The notes below the pieces were generated by a model that was given only the letters and a program-made list of their open reading frames with translations, was not told where the DNA came from and did not search any database. The position numbers and the translations under genes were made by a program. Shown in pieces: positions 26,539-36,566 of a stretch of 64,000 nt of DNA. The stretch spans positions 1,724-65,723 of the forward strand of contig CAZHZF010000009.1 in assembly GCA_964536925.1 (NCBI GenBank), read 5' to 3'. This DNA is from an uncultured Dehalococcoidales bacterium. GTDB taxonomy: Bacteria; Chloroflexota; UBA6077; FW602-bin22. Each line of letters begins with the position of its first letter. The first letter of the stretch is position 1.

Positions 26539-28812
26539 TCATAGAAGCGCGATGGGATCAACGTCGACTGTCCAGTTGGGTCCCCAGCGGTAATCCCCGG
26601 CCAGCGCGCGCGATCCGTTGCCCCGGAGGATGATCTGCCAGCGCGCCTGCCCACGCAGGCGGCGATAGAAGCACGGAGAGGGGCCGAGGATATCGACTGT
26701 CGGCTTGCCGGCCGAGGTACTCATCTGCGTGAGGTCGCGGGCGGCGAGATCGCACTGAGCCTCGGCGTGTCGATCGTCGCGCGCCGAGACGACCGCGCGG
26801 ACCAGATCGCCAAATGGCGGGTAGCGATGTTCGCGTCGGAATGCGAGTTCGGCCCGCACAAAGGCCGAGTAGGAGCCGCGCGTCGCCGCCTGAATTGAAG
26901 GATGATCGGGGCTGAATGTCTGAACGATCACGTGGCCGCGCTCGGGTCCGCGCCCGGCCCTCCCGATCAACTGGCTGATCATCTGGAACGTGCGCTCCCC
27001 GGCTCGATAGTCGGGCATCCATAGCTGTGTATCGGCGCTGATCGCGGCCGCGACGGCGACGCCGGGGAAATCGAGTCCCGTGGCGACCCTCTGAGTCCCT
27101 ACCAGAATATCGATGCGTCCCCCGAGCATCGCCTCGGTGATCGCGCGGGCGGCGTCGCCACCGCGCACGTCGCTATCCCATCGCGCGACTCTGGCCCGTG
27201 GGAAACGCTGGCGCACCGCCTCGACGACGCGTTGCGTCCCCGCGCCGAAGTACTGGAGCGCGTGCAGGGCGCACGCCGGACACGTCTCGACCGGTTCCGC
27301 CCGCAATCCGCATTGATGGCACAGATGCAGGCGAAGGTCACCGTGGTAGGTCAAGGCGACATCGCAGCGGCGGCACCGGGGGACGTACCCGCACCCGGGG
27401 CAAAGCCCCAATGTCGCGGTACCTCGCCGGTTCAGCAGCAGGATCGATTGCCGGTTCCGTTCCAGCGCCGCGGCAAGTGCCGCGTGCAGCGGACCGCTCA
27501 CCAGGGGATCCTCTCCTCGACGGACAGCGGCCCTCAGGTCGACCACCTCCACTCGCGGCCCCGGGTTGTCTGGCCCTCCCACGATGCGATGAGACATTTC
27601 GATCAGCCGCGACCGGCCGCCGCGCGTTCGGTGCCAGGTCTCCACATCGGGCGTCGCGCTGCCCAGCACCGCAAGTGCGCCGGAGATCTCGGCGAGGCGC
27701 AAGGCGACGGCGCGCGCGTGGAGGCGTGGTCGAGCCGGGCTCTTGTACGACGCATCGTGTTCTTCATCGATCACGATCAACCCGAGGCGATCGATCGGAG
27801 CGAAGAGCGCGGAACGCGTCCCGATCACAACATCCACGTGCCCCGATCGGATGCGAGACCAGGCCGCGCGCTTCTCTCGCGCCCCGAGACTGCCGTGCAG
27901 CGCCGCGACCCGTCCCGGAAACGTGGCGCCGAACCGATGCGCCAATTGCGGCGTGAGCGCGATCTCCGGTACGAGGACGAGTGCTTGCTTCCCCCGCGCG
28001 ACAGCCTCGGTTGCCAGACCGAGGTAAACATTCGTCTTACCGCTTGCAGTCACGCCGTGGAGGAGGACGCTTCCCGGCCGGGGTTCGTCCATCCGCGCGC
28101 TCAGATCGCGGACGACAGCCCTCTGTGCCGCCGACATCACGATCTCCGTGCGTCCCGGAGAACGATGGGAGCGCGCGACGGACTCACAGGCAATCCAACC
28201 ACGGCGTACCAGAGCATCGACCACCGCGCGGGTCGCCCCTGTCTCCACCAGAAGCAAGTCCAGGTCCACCTGACCGTCGGGTCGCGCCGCGATCGATGCG
28301 AGCACGGTCCGCTGCCGGGACCCGAGCCGTGACGCCGACGGATCGTCGGACCTGAGCAGACGTACGCGATAGGTTGTGTCCGCAGACGCCCGCATGCGCC
28401 AGGAGACGGCTGTATCCGGGGTCGACCCGGGCGTCGGAGGCGATCCCGCGTTTCCGGCCGTCCACTCCGGCGAGTCCCGCCCAGGCCGCGTGCTGGCCGG
28501 CGCCGCGAGCGCGAGAACCCGTGACAGGGGTGCCAGATAGTAGGCAGCCACCCACAGGCACAGGGCGACGATCTGTGGGCGGAGCCTCGACCGTCGCGAA
28601 TAGATGGCCTCGAGCCCACGGGTGGGGAAGGGGGGCCGCTCCACGTTCTCGCGCACGACGATGCCGAGCAGGCGTCGTGTCCCGAACGGCACGGCGACGA
28701 TGGTTCCCACCGGCGGTGCCGGGCCAGGCGCATCGACGTGATAGGTGTAGGCCGCCCGTCCCGAGAGCGAACGCTCCACGATGCCGATGTCGCAGTACGT
28801 CCGCCCCGCCAT
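26539..28812 (-). CDS. priA: Primosomal protein N' (PriA helicase)
   Basis: 'GVTASGKT', 'DEEHD', zinc cluster 'CPGCG...CRRCD...CHQCG...CPAC', 'QLIGRAGR'. ATG 28812 chosen. Confidence 0.9.
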   Translation of the reverse strand: MAGRTYCDIGIVERSLSGRAAYTYHVDAPGPAPPVGTIVAVPFGTRRLLGIVVRENVERPPFPTRGLEAIYSRRSRLRPQIVALCLWVAAYYLAPLSRVLALAAPASTRPGRDSPEWTAGNAGSPPTPGSTPDTAVSWRMRASADTTYRVRLLRSDDPSASRLGSRQRTVLASIAARPDGQVDLDLLLVETGATRAVVDALVRRGWIACESVARSHRSPGRTEIVMSAAQRAVVRDLSARMDEPRPGSVLLHGVTASGKTNVYLGLATEAVARGKQALVLVPEIALTPQLAHRFGATFPGRVAALHGSLGAREKRAAWSRIRSGHVDVVIGTRSALFAPIDRLGLIVIDEEHDASYKSPARPRLHARAVALRLAEISGALAVLGSATPDVETWHRTRGGRSRLIEMSHRIVGGPDNPGPRVEVVDLRAAVRRGEDPLVSGPLHAALAAALERNRQSILLLNRRGTATLGLCPGCGYVPRCRRCDVALTYHGDLRLHLCHQCGLRAEPVETCPACALHALQYFGAGTQRVVEAVRQRFPRARVARWDSDVRGGDAARAITEAMLGGRIDILVGTQRVATGLDFPGVAVAAAISADTQLWMPDYRAGERTFQMISQLIGRAGRGPERGHVIVQTFSPDHPSIQAATRGSYSAFVRAELAFRREHRYPPFGDLVRAVVSARDDRHAEAQCDLAARDLTQMSTSAGKPTVDILGPSPCFYRRLRGQARWQIILRGNGSRALAGDYRWGPNWTVDVDPIALL

Positions 28813-28856
28813 GTCAGGCGCGGCTGACGTCGGCGCGATGTCGCCCGAGCGCCCCG

Positions 28857-29480
28857 TCACACGTCGAGCGTGACGAGGCGGGGCACGTCCCGCGCGCGCT
28901 CGAATCGGATGAGTTCGAGGACTTCGGTCACGCACCGACCAGGATCACCATCTGGGTTCACGACGCGATAGTCGAACTCCTCCGCGGCGGCGATCTCCCG
29001 TTGCGCGGCCTCTACGCGGCCCTCGATCTCATCTCGGGATGCCTCCGGTCCGCTGCCACGCAGCCGCCGCTCCAGCGACTCGAGCGAGGAAGGGAGGAGG
29101 AAGATCGAGATGACCTGGGGCAACGCCCTGCGAATCTGCCGGAATCCCTGAACATCGATCTTCAGCACCGGTTCGCGGTGGGACCTGAGCGCTTCGATCA
29201 CTCCCGATCGCGGAGTCCCGCGCGGGCTTCCCACGTACTCAGCCCATTCGAGGAGGTCGCCAGCGGTGATGCGTCGCGCGAACTCCTCTCGGGTCACGAA
29301 GTGGTAGTCGACCCCATCCGTCTCCGAGGACCGCGGCGCGCGGGTGACCAGCGTGACCACACGGCACAGGCGCGGGTCCGCCGCGAGGACCGCGCGGAGG
29401 ATTGTGTCCTTGCCCACACCCGAAGGCCCGGCGAGAACGTAGAGCCGACCCGCGATCGTGCACCGCCCGCCAGCAGCCAC
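28857..29480 (-). CDS. gmk: Guanylate kinase
   Basis: 'LAGPSGVGKDT', 'TRAPR..E.DGVDYHFV', 'EWAEY.G...GT'. GTG 29480 is preceded by GAAGGGTAGG. Confidence 0.9.
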   Translation of the reverse strand: MAAGGRCTIAGRLYVLAGPSGVGKDTILRAVLAADPRLCRVVTLVTRAPRSSETDGVDYHFVTREEFARRITAGDLLEWAEYVGSPRGTPRSGVIEALRSHREPVLKIDVQGFRQIRRALPQVISIFLLPSSLESLERRLRGSGPEASRDEIEGRVEAAQREIAAAEEFDYRVVNPDGDPGRCVTEVLELIRFERARDVPRLVTLDV

Positions 29481-29497
29481 CGCTATACCTACCCTTC

Positions 29498-31246
29498 GTG
29501 CTGGACTCGCTCGGCCTCGCCGCGATCGCCGATGAGATCGGACGGCGTCTGCCGGCGCGCGTTCAGGATGTGCTTCAAGTCGACCCCGGCGCGCTGCAGC
29601 TGGAACTGTACGCCCGCGGCGAATCGACCGCCCTGCATGCGTCGGTGCGGCACGATGCACCGGGCATCTGGATCACCAGCACTCGGGCGCGTCGGGCTCC
29701 TACATCAACGCCGTTCGGCCTCGTCGCCCGGAAGTGGCTGAGCGGCGCATCGCTGGAGTCGGCCGTGGCACTCTCGGACGAGAGGATCATCCATCTCACG
29801 TTCGCGTGCCGCCCCCGCGATACGGCCCCTCGGGCGATCACCCTCATCGTTGAGGCGACCGGACGTCTCGCGAATCTCATTCTTATCGACGAGGTCGGGC
29901 GTATCCTCGACGCGGCGAAGCGCATTCCCCGTCGAATCAACAGTGTGCGCCAGATCCTGCCCCACCTTGTGTACGCGCCTCCCCCTCAACAGGCCAAGTT
30001 GCCACCCCGGCAACTCGACCCGGTCCAGATCGGGGCGATCCTGCGGGACTCCACGATGGGCAGCCTGGATCGGGCGTTGGTCGAGGCAATCCGGGGTATC
30101 GGCCCCATCACGGCACGCGAGATCGCGTTTCGCGCCTGCGGAGATCCTGGCACGCCTCCGCGTGACGCGGCGCCCGAGCGCGTGGCCGCAGTGATGACCG
30201 AACTGCTCGCACCTCTCCGCGGGACGGCGCCTTGGGCACCGTGCGTCGCCGGTGCGGCGGGGCGCGCCGGCGCGACCGCCGCGCCGTTCCTCCTGACGCA
30301 TCGCGACGCGAGGGCATCGCCATCCATGAGCGCCGCCGTCGAAGCGGCACTTTCGGCACTGACGCCACTGGAGCGGACACAGTCCCATTCCGCGGGCGAA
30401 AGCCAACGCCGCGCGGTGCACCGCCAGATCGAGCGCCTCCAGGCGCGCGCCAGAGCCCTGGAGCGCGAGATGGAAGGAGCCGACTCGGGCGACGATGCAC
30501 GACGGGAGGGCGAGCTACTCCTGACCTATCTGGGCGGCGTGCCTCCCGGGGCAGCCGAGATCGAACTCGAGGGTATTCGGCTTCACCTGGACCCACGACT
30601 CACCGCTGCACAGAATGCACAGGCGCGCTTCGCCCGATATCGCCATGCGAAGCAGACACGAGAGGCGCTGCCACCGCTCATTGAGCGAGCGCGATCGGAG
30701 ATCGCAGCGCTGGCAGAAGCCGCCGTGCATCTGGAGATCGCGCGCGATCAGGCGACCGCGCAGGCCATCGCGGACGAACTGATGTCACAGGGCCTACTTC
30801 CCGGCGAGGTCCCGCGTGCTCGCCGGGCACCGCGGGCAGCGCCCTATCTGAGGTTCGAGCGTGGCGCGTACGAGTGCCTCGTCGGCCGTTCGGGCATCGA
30901 AAACCGGGCTCTCACCTTTCGCGAGGCGCGTCCGCGCGATCTCTGGCTTCACGCCCGCGGGGTCGTCGGCGCACACGTGATCCTGCGCGGCGCGGCGGCG
31001 CCGGACGACGACACGCTGCTCTGGGCGGCGGGGATCGCGGCGGCTCACTCCGAGGCGCGGGGGGAGCTCCGTGTGCTCGTCGACGTGACGGAACGCCGGC
31101 ATGTGCGGTCCATACCGGGTGCGCCAGGCGCCGTTTCCTACACCCATGAACGCGTGCTCGAGGTCCGGCCCGTGGCAGCGATGCCTACGCGGGCCGGGTC
31201 GCGCCGTAGTAGCGCGCGGACCAGTACTCGTCCGCGATCGAACTGA
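29498..31246 (+). CDS. rqcH: NFACT-family ribosome quality control protein (RqcH / FbpA-like)
   Basis: NFACT-N-like N-terminus 'LDSLGLAAIADEI', a central coiled coil, and the NFACT-R/DUF814 motif 'DLWLHARGVVGAHVILRG'. GTG 29498 is only 17 nt from the divergent gmk start. Confidence 0.8.
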   Translation: MLDSLGLAAIADEIGRRLPARVQDVLQVDPGALQLELYARGESTALHASVRHDAPGIWITSTRARRAPTSTPFGLVARKWLSGASLESAVALSDERIIHLTFACRPRDTAPRAITLIVEATGRLANLILIDEVGRILDAAKRIPRRINSVRQILPHLVYAPPPQQAKLPPRQLDPVQIGAILRDSTMGSLDRALVEAIRGIGPITAREIAFRACGDPGTPPRDAAPERVAAVMTELLAPLRGTAPWAPCVAGAAGRAGATAAPFLLTHRDARASPSMSAAVEAALSALTPLERTQSHSAGESQRRAVHRQIERLQARARALEREMEGADSGDDARREGELLLTYLGGVPPGAAEIELEGIRLHLDPRLTAAQNAQARFARYRHAKQTREALPPLIERARSEIAALAEAAVHLEIARDQATAQAIADELMSQGLLPGEVPRARRAPRAAPYLRFERGAYECLVGRSGIENRALTFREARPRDLWLHARGVVGAHVILRGAAAPDDDTLLWAAGIAAAHSEARGELRVLVDVTERRHVRSIPGAPGAVSYTHERVLEVRPVAAMPTRAGSRRSSARTSTRPRSN

Positions 31247-32936
31247 CGATCACGCCGGTCCGCTCGCTCCCGGCGTGGATGAACTCGCCGCCGGAGAGGT
31301 AGATCCCCACGTGGGAGAGTCCCGGCATGTAGGTATCGGTGAAGAACACGAGATCGCCCGGTTGGAGAGCCCCTCGCTCCACACGCTCGCCGGACTGAAC
31401 CTGCCCCCACAGGTCGTGATTCGGCAGGGCGCGCCCAGCGCGATCGAACACGAACCAGGTGAAGCCCGTGCAGTCGAAGCCGCTGCGCGGTGAGTGGCCA
31501 CCCCACGTGTACGCGAATCCCACGTACTCGCGCGCGATCCGCACGACAGACGGAACTTCGGGAGACGGCGCGGCGGCGGTCGGGGGGACGGGAATCAGCG
31601 GCCGAAGGATCGAGACCGCGACCTGGAGAGGACTGGGAGCGGGCGGTGCGGCCACGGGCGCCACCGCGGGCACAGGCTCGCGCGGCGGCGCGACCAGATC
31701 GTTGGGACCCGGCAACTCGATCCTCATCCCCGGAACGATCAGGTCCGTCTGGGGCAGATTGTTCTTCCGCACCAGCGCGCGAGCGTCGACACCGAAGCGC
31801 GCAGCGATCGACACCAGGGAGTCGCCAGGCTGCACGATGTACTCGGTCGGAGGCGGTGTTGAGGGTCGCGCCGGCGGGATCGGCACCCCGGGAACGATCA
31901 GCCGCTGACTCGGCACCACGACGTACGGCTCGCGCAGTCGATTCGCCTCGATCACCGCCATCGGGGCGACTCCGAATCGCGTCGCGATCGACCGGACGGT
32001 CTCCCCTTCCTTTACGACGTGCAGAATGCCATCCACCCGCGGCACCACGATCCTCTGACCGATCATCAACCCATCGGCGGCCTCCACGGTCATCCCGTTT
32101 GCGTGGACGATCGTCTCGGTCCGAACGCCGAATCGCGCTGCGATCGCCGCCAGGGACTCGCCCGGTTGGACCAGATGCTCGATCACCCGGGGCTCGACGA
32201 CCGGAAGGGGCGTCGCGGCACGTGCGGCCTCGACGACCCTTAGCGCCGCGCCAACGGACCCAACCTCTGAGGGACGCACCTGAGAGGGAGGCGGAGGCCG
32301 ACCAAGGGACGGCGCCTCGGCGGGCGCGATGGCGGCAGCGGTACGCTCGCGCCCGGACGAGGCTGGGGGTGGTCGGCCGCCAGGGACCACCAGCGCCGCC
32401 GGCCTCACCAGAGGATCGCCGAGGACGAGACCGTTCCACTGGGCGATGGCACCGGGATCGATCCCGAAGATCGCGGCCACCCGCTCCGGTGTGTCGCCGG
32501 GACTCGCGTAGTAGAGGACGCCGGATACCGGCAGAATCGTCAGTTCCGCACCGATCGCGATGCGGTCGGGATCGGCGATTCCGTTCGCCCAGATGATCGT
32601 CTGCGGCGAGACGCGGTAGCGCTGCGCCAGAGCGCTGACGGTGTCATCGCGCGCGACTCGGTGGGTTCGCATCGCGCCGGTGCTCTGCAACCGCTCCGCC
32701 TCCGCGGCCGGCGGTGGCGCGAAGATCGGGACCCGAGGTTCGAGAAGGGGGCGAACGATCGGCGCGTCGCGCCCGAGCGCATCCTCGAAGAGCGCGACAT
32801 CGAGATAGCGATCCATCGCGACGCGCGTCGGACTCTCGAGAGCGCTTGACGTGACGAAAAGGGCCAGCGTGAGAACGACCAGGTGCCGGGCGGCGCGCGC
32901 CGCGACCGAGTGCGGTGCGATGGCAGGCAGATTCAG
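31185..32936 (-). CDS. Secreted peptidoglycan hydrolase: ~5 LysM repeats plus C-terminal NlpC/P60 domain (start upstream of the track ATG 32816, exact codon unknown)
   Basis: Repeated 'H.V..GDT....A.R.GV....I...N......I..GQ.L.IP'. NlpC/P60 motifs 'YTWGG....GFDCTGF' and 'PGDLVFF...HVGIY'. A signal-peptide-like 'RAARHLVVLTLALFVTSSALES' is in frame at 32897-32835. Confidence 0.85.
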   Translation of the reverse strand: MNLPAIAPHSVAARAARHLVVLTLALFVTSSALESPTRVAMDRYLDVALFEDALGRDAPIVRPLLEPRVPIFAPPPAAEAERLQSTGAMRTHRVARDDTVSALAQRYRVSPQTIIWANGIADPDRIAIGAELTILPVSGVLYYASPGDTPERVAAIFGIDPGAIAQWNGLVLGDPLVRPAALVVPGGRPPPASSGRERTAAAIAPAEAPSLGRPPPPSQVRPSEVGSVGAALRVVEAARAATPLPVVEPRVIEHLVQPGESLAAIAARFGVRTETIVHANGMTVEAADGLMIGQRIVVPRVDGILHVVKEGETVRSIATRFGVAPMAVIEANRLREPYVVVPSQRLIVPGVPIPPARPSTPPPTEYIVQPGDSLVSIAARFGVDARALVRKNNLPQTDLIVPGMRIELPGPNDLVAPPREPVPAVAPVAAPPAPSPLQVAVSILRPLIPVPPTAAAPSPEVPSVVRIAREYVGFAYTWGGHSPRSGFDCTGFTWFVFDRAGRALPNHDLWGQVQSGERVERGALQPGDLVFFTDTYMPGLSHVGIYLSGGEFIHAGSERTGVIVSSIADEYWSARYYGATRPA

Positions 32937-33023
32937 ACGGGGGCCAGATGATGGCCGCCAGTTGCGCCGCCAGATGGTCCCTAACGCCTCCGCGGAGTCC
33001 TCGACTGGCCCCTCGCGGCGGTG

Positions 33024-33052
33024 ACTATAGATTGACGATAACTACCCGTCCA
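33024..33052 (-). promoter_or_regulatory. Candidate promoter for the LysM-NlpC/P60 gene
   Basis: Minus strand TGGACG (33052-33047), 17-nt spacer, TATAGT (33029-33024). GGAGG follows at 32991-32987. Confidence 0.3.
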
Positions 33053-33063
33053 GAAGGGGTCCC

Positions 33064-34503
33064 TCAGTCGAACAGCGCTGCGATCGCCGCGCACGTCGGC
33101 AACGCAGACTGGCGCCCCGCAAGCCATATCCGCTCACCAGCGAGCCATTCGTCGGTCTCTGCCAGCGCGGCTTCCACCTGACGGGGCGCGGTTCCCCCTG
33201 GGACGTCTCGAGCAGACAACGAGGAGGCCACGTCGATCTGCAACGCGTCCTCATCGAATTCCGGCGCGTGCGCGCGTAACTCCGCCAGGCTCAGGTCCGT
33301 CAGACGGCGTCCCCGGGTAACACAGTCCGCGACGATCCTCCCCACGATGTGATGCGCGATGCGGAAAGGGACACCGCGCGCGGCCAGGTGGTCCGCGTAG
33401 TCGGTCGCGAGTGCGAACCCCTCTCCGGCCGCTGCTGCGAGCCGCTCCTCATCGAACTCCGCGGTCGCCATCATCGGTGCCAGCACCGCCAGGGATACCG
33501 CCGCTGTATCGACCGCGTCGAAGAGCGCGGCCTTATCCTCCTGGAAGTCCTTGTTGTACGTCAGCACGGTCCCCTTCAGGACCGTGAGGATCGTCACGAT
33601 CTGGGCGATCGACCGCCCCGCCTTGCCGCGGATCAACTCCGCGTAGTCCGGATTCTTCTTCTGGGGCATGATGCTGGAGCCGGTGGAGAACGCGTCGGAG
33701 AGCCGGACGAAACCGAACTCCGTCGTCGACCACAGGACGATCTCCTCGGCGAGTCGTGACAGGTGAGTCATCAGCAGGGCGCAGGCGAAGATCGTCTCAA
33801 CCTGGTAGTCGCGGTCCGAGACCGCGTCCATGCTGTTGCGAGTCACGCCATCCATACCCAGATCCCGCGCCACCATCGATCGGTCGATCGGGTACGGCAC
33901 TCCCGCCAGGGCGCCCGACCCCAGCGGAGAGACGTTCGCGGTATCGAAACAGTCGTGGAGCCGCCGTACGTCGCGACGGAACATCTCCACGTAGGCCAGC
34001 AGGTGATGACCCAGGACTACAGGCTGGGCACGCTGCAGATGCGTGTACGCGGGCATCCGGGTTCGGCAATGGCGCCGGGCCTGGAGCAATAGCGTCGCGA
34101 TGACGTCGAGCGCCCGTCCGACGAGGATGAGGACGGCCTCGCGAGTCCACAGCCGAGTGTCGAGTGCGACCTGATCGTTCCGACTGCGCGCGGTATGCAG
34201 TTTCCCGGCTACATCGCCGATGAGTTCGTGGAGGCGCCCCTCGACGTTCCCGTGGATGTCCTCCCTTGCGGTGCGAAACACGAATTCCTCGCGATCGATC
34301 TCCGCGAGTACGCGCATCAGACCGCTGGCGATCGTCCGCCCCTCTTCGGCCCGGATGATCCCGGTGGCCACGAGCATCCGGCAGTGGGCGAGCGAGCCAA
34401 GGATGTCCTGATGAGCCAGACGTCGGTCGACCGAGATCGAGGCTCCGAACTCCACGGCAACGCGACTCGGCTCCTCGTTGAACCTGCCGCCCCAGAGTTC
34501 CAT
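33064..34503 (-). CDS. argH: Argininosuccinate lyase
   Basis: 'MELWGGRF', 'HTARSRNDQV', 'GSSIMPQKKNPD'. Confidence 0.95.
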   Translation of the reverse strand: MELWGGRFNEEPSRVAVEFGASISVDRRLAHQDILGSLAHCRMLVATGIIRAEEGRTIASGLMRVLAEIDREEFVFRTAREDIHGNVEGRLHELIGDVAGKLHTARSRNDQVALDTRLWTREAVLILVGRALDVIATLLLQARRHCRTRMPAYTHLQRAQPVVLGHHLLAYVEMFRRDVRRLHDCFDTANVSPLGSGALAGVPYPIDRSMVARDLGMDGVTRNSMDAVSDRDYQVETIFACALLMTHLSRLAEEIVLWSTTEFGFVRLSDAFSTGSSIMPQKKNPDYAELIRGKAGRSIAQIVTILTVLKGTVLTYNKDFQEDKAALFDAVDTAAVSLAVLAPMMATAEFDEERLAAAAGEGFALATDYADHLAARGVPFRIAHHIVGRIVADCVTRGRRLTDLSLAELRAHAPEFDEDALQIDVASSLSARDVPGGTAPRQVEAALAETDEWLAGERIWLAGRQSALPTCAAIAALFD

Positions 34504-34513
34504 CTCCCGGAGT

Positions 34514-35209
34514 CTAGGACGACCTCCCACTCTCACCGAGAGGCAGACGCCGCAGGATCGCGCGAACGATGACCCGAGTCATCCCGACGTCCTGCTCGAG
34601 ATCGATCCACGACTCGATCATCGCCGACTCCCGCGTGCGCCCGTCCCAGAATCCGGACAGCCGGCGCGGGTCCGCGGTAATCTGCACTACCGCGGTGCCG
34701 ATGACGCGCTCGGGTGAGACGTGAATCCAGTCGGCCCCCGCACGAATGCGCGTCTCGCTCGACGCACTCCGCGCCGAGATCTCGATCGATCGAACCGCGG
34801 TCTGATCCCGGTCGATGAAGCCGAAGTGAACCGCCGTTGCCCGGGGGGAGTTCTCGCGAGGACCCGGGTTCGATCGACGCCAGCGTGTCGGATCGACGCG
34901 AGACGGGGCCCACCTACGTGCACGTACTCCTGTGAACGGTTCATCGGGCGCTCCTCTGGCCGCGGCCAGGGCACGGCGATACGCCAGGTTGATCGCGCGC
35001 ATGTCGTCGGTTGCCGAGGGATGCGGGTTGACATCCGGGTGGTTCGCGCGGCACAGAGCACGAAAGGCGCGTCGGATCGCCGCCTCCGAGGCGCCGGGAT
35101 GCAGGCCCAGACGGGAGAGCGCGTCGGCGGATTCCATCTGATTCGTCACGGCTCGCGTGGACACCACGTGGTGCGGCAGAAGGTATCGGAGAGGCTGTCG
35201 AGCGCCCAT
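34514..35209 (-). CDS. J-domain protein with uncharacterised C-terminal domain
   Basis: 'LGLHPGASEAAIRRAFRALCRANHPDVN' carries the HPD motif. ATG 35209 has AGGA 7 nt upstream. The C-terminal ~130 aa are not recognised. Confidence 0.7.
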   Translation of the reverse strand: MGARQPLRYLLPHHVVSTRAVTNQMESADALSRLGLHPGASEAAIRRAFRALCRANHPDVNPHPSATDDMRAINLAYRRALAAARGAPDEPFTGVRARRWAPSRVDPTRWRRSNPGPRENSPRATAVHFGFIDRDQTAVRSIEISARSASSETRIRAGADWIHVSPERVIGTAVVQITADPRRLSGFWDGRTRESAMIESWIDLEQDVGMTRVIVRAILRRLPLGESGRSS

Positions 35210-35279
35210 CGGTGAATCCTGTACTCGTTCGTTTGGCGCCCGAGGGCCACATCGGCGAATACGATGGTAAGATCGACTG

Positions 35280-36566
35280 ATGGTCATTCCGCCCGGGGTC
35301 GCGGACACAGCCGAGTACCAGGGGATCATCGCCTGGCTGGAGGACCAGCGCCGACAGGACCGTGCCGAGATCGCCCGCATCGCGCTCGAAGTCGAGCGGC
35401 TGTTCTCGCTGGTGCGCGAGCAGGTCGGCGCGGGCGCTGAGTTGCGCGCGGGACTCGAGGCAGTGCGCAACACCCTCGTGCGATTCCCCCTCCTGGAAGA
35501 TGGAGTCCGCCAGGCCCGGGATCAGGTCGCCGCGTCGGTAGAGCGCCTCGACTCCCAGGGGCAGCAGCATGCACAGGCGATCCTTTCCCGGGCAGCCGAG
35601 GCGGATCGGGATCGTCGGCGCGTCGCTGAGGTCATCGGTGCCATCGATGAGATCCAGAACGCGATACAGGCCCAGAACGGCCGCATTCAGGTTGTGGGCG
35701 ACGAGGTACGGCGCGACCGTGCCGCGTTCATCGAGGTTCCGGCCACAGTCCACGCGCTCGATCAGCGCTTGGGCCAGATGGGCCATCGGCTCGAGCAACA
35801 GAACGAGGCGATCCGCCGGACTGAAGCCCACATCATCTCTGTCCAGGAGCGACTCGAGGCCCTGATCGCCGAGGTGGAGAAGGGCAATCACTGGCGCCAG
35901 CTCGCCGAGGTTCGATGGACTCGTCAGGCGGGCGAATGGCAGCAGAACCTGGTGAACTTCAAGGAGTCCATGGACGATCAGATCCGGCCCGCGCGCGTTG
36001 CCCTGGAACAGGTCGGCCAGGTCCGCGACGAGATCCGCGGACTGACCTCGGCGCTCTTCGAGCATTCTCACCGACTGGATGAACTCGTCGCAGCCCACAG
36101 TCGCCTCGACGGCATCACCTCGCAGCAGCGCGACCTTCTGGGGCGCGTCAGCCAGGTGGTCGACGCACAGCGACGCAGATTCGACGAACAGGCGAGCGCG
36201 CAGCTCCGTCTTGACGAGTCGATCGGTCGAGGAGTCGATGAGCGACAGGCGCTCGATCGCCGAGCCGACGAGCAGGCTCGGGCGATCGACGCCCTTCAGC
36301 AGGAGATGCGCAACCGGGTGGCGAGTATCGACATCCTGAGGAACGACCTCGAGACCCGGGAGGTCACGCTCCGATCGGATGCACAGGCACTTCGCGAGGC
36401 GTTCGATCGGCAGATCGAGTCCGTGCGGTTGGCGGTTGCGGAGACGGGCGTTCAGATCGCGGAGGCGCGACGCCTTCTCAATGCGTTTCTGATGCGGCTG
36501 GCCTCCGATGCCGAGGAGCATGCACGCGAACTCGACGAGGTGCCCGGCCGCAGCGGTCGCGCCTGA
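35280..36566 (+). CDS. 428-aa coiled-coil-rich protein, no recognisable domain
   Basis: E/R/Q/A/L-rich heptad-like sequence throughout, with high GC3 in this frame. The 555-aa antisense ORF is its shadow. The stop overlaps the next start (TGATG). Confidence 0.65.
   Translation: MVIPPGVADTAEYQGIIAWLEDQRRQDRAEIARIALEVERLFSLVREQVGAGAELRAGLEAVRNTLVRFPLLEDGVRQARDQVAASVERLDSQGQQHAQAILSRAAEADRDRRRVAEVIGAIDEIQNAIQAQNGRIQVVGDEVRRDRAAFIEVPATVHALDQRLGQMGHRLEQQNEAIRRTEAHIISVQERLEALIAEVEKGNHWRQLAEVRWTRQAGEWQQNLVNFKESMDDQIRPARVALEQVGQVRDEIRGLTSALFEHSHRLDELVAAHSRLDGITSQQRDLLGRVSQVVDAQRRRFDEQASAQLRLDESIGRGVDERQALDRRADEQARAIDALQQEMRNRVASIDILRNDLETREVTLRSDAQALREAFDRQIESVRLAVAETGVQIAEARRLLNAFLMRLASDAEEHARELDEVPGRSGRA

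Noticed and set aside
32817-33063. Possible ydaO-type c-di-AMP riboswitch upstream of the NlpC/P60 hydrolase, a common association
   Set aside because: I could not find the conserved cores I remember (e.g. 'GGGGACCCA', 'GGGGUGAAUC', 'CAGCUAACCUCGUA'). The region reads as an open frame encoding a signal peptide instead. An Infernal scan would settle it.
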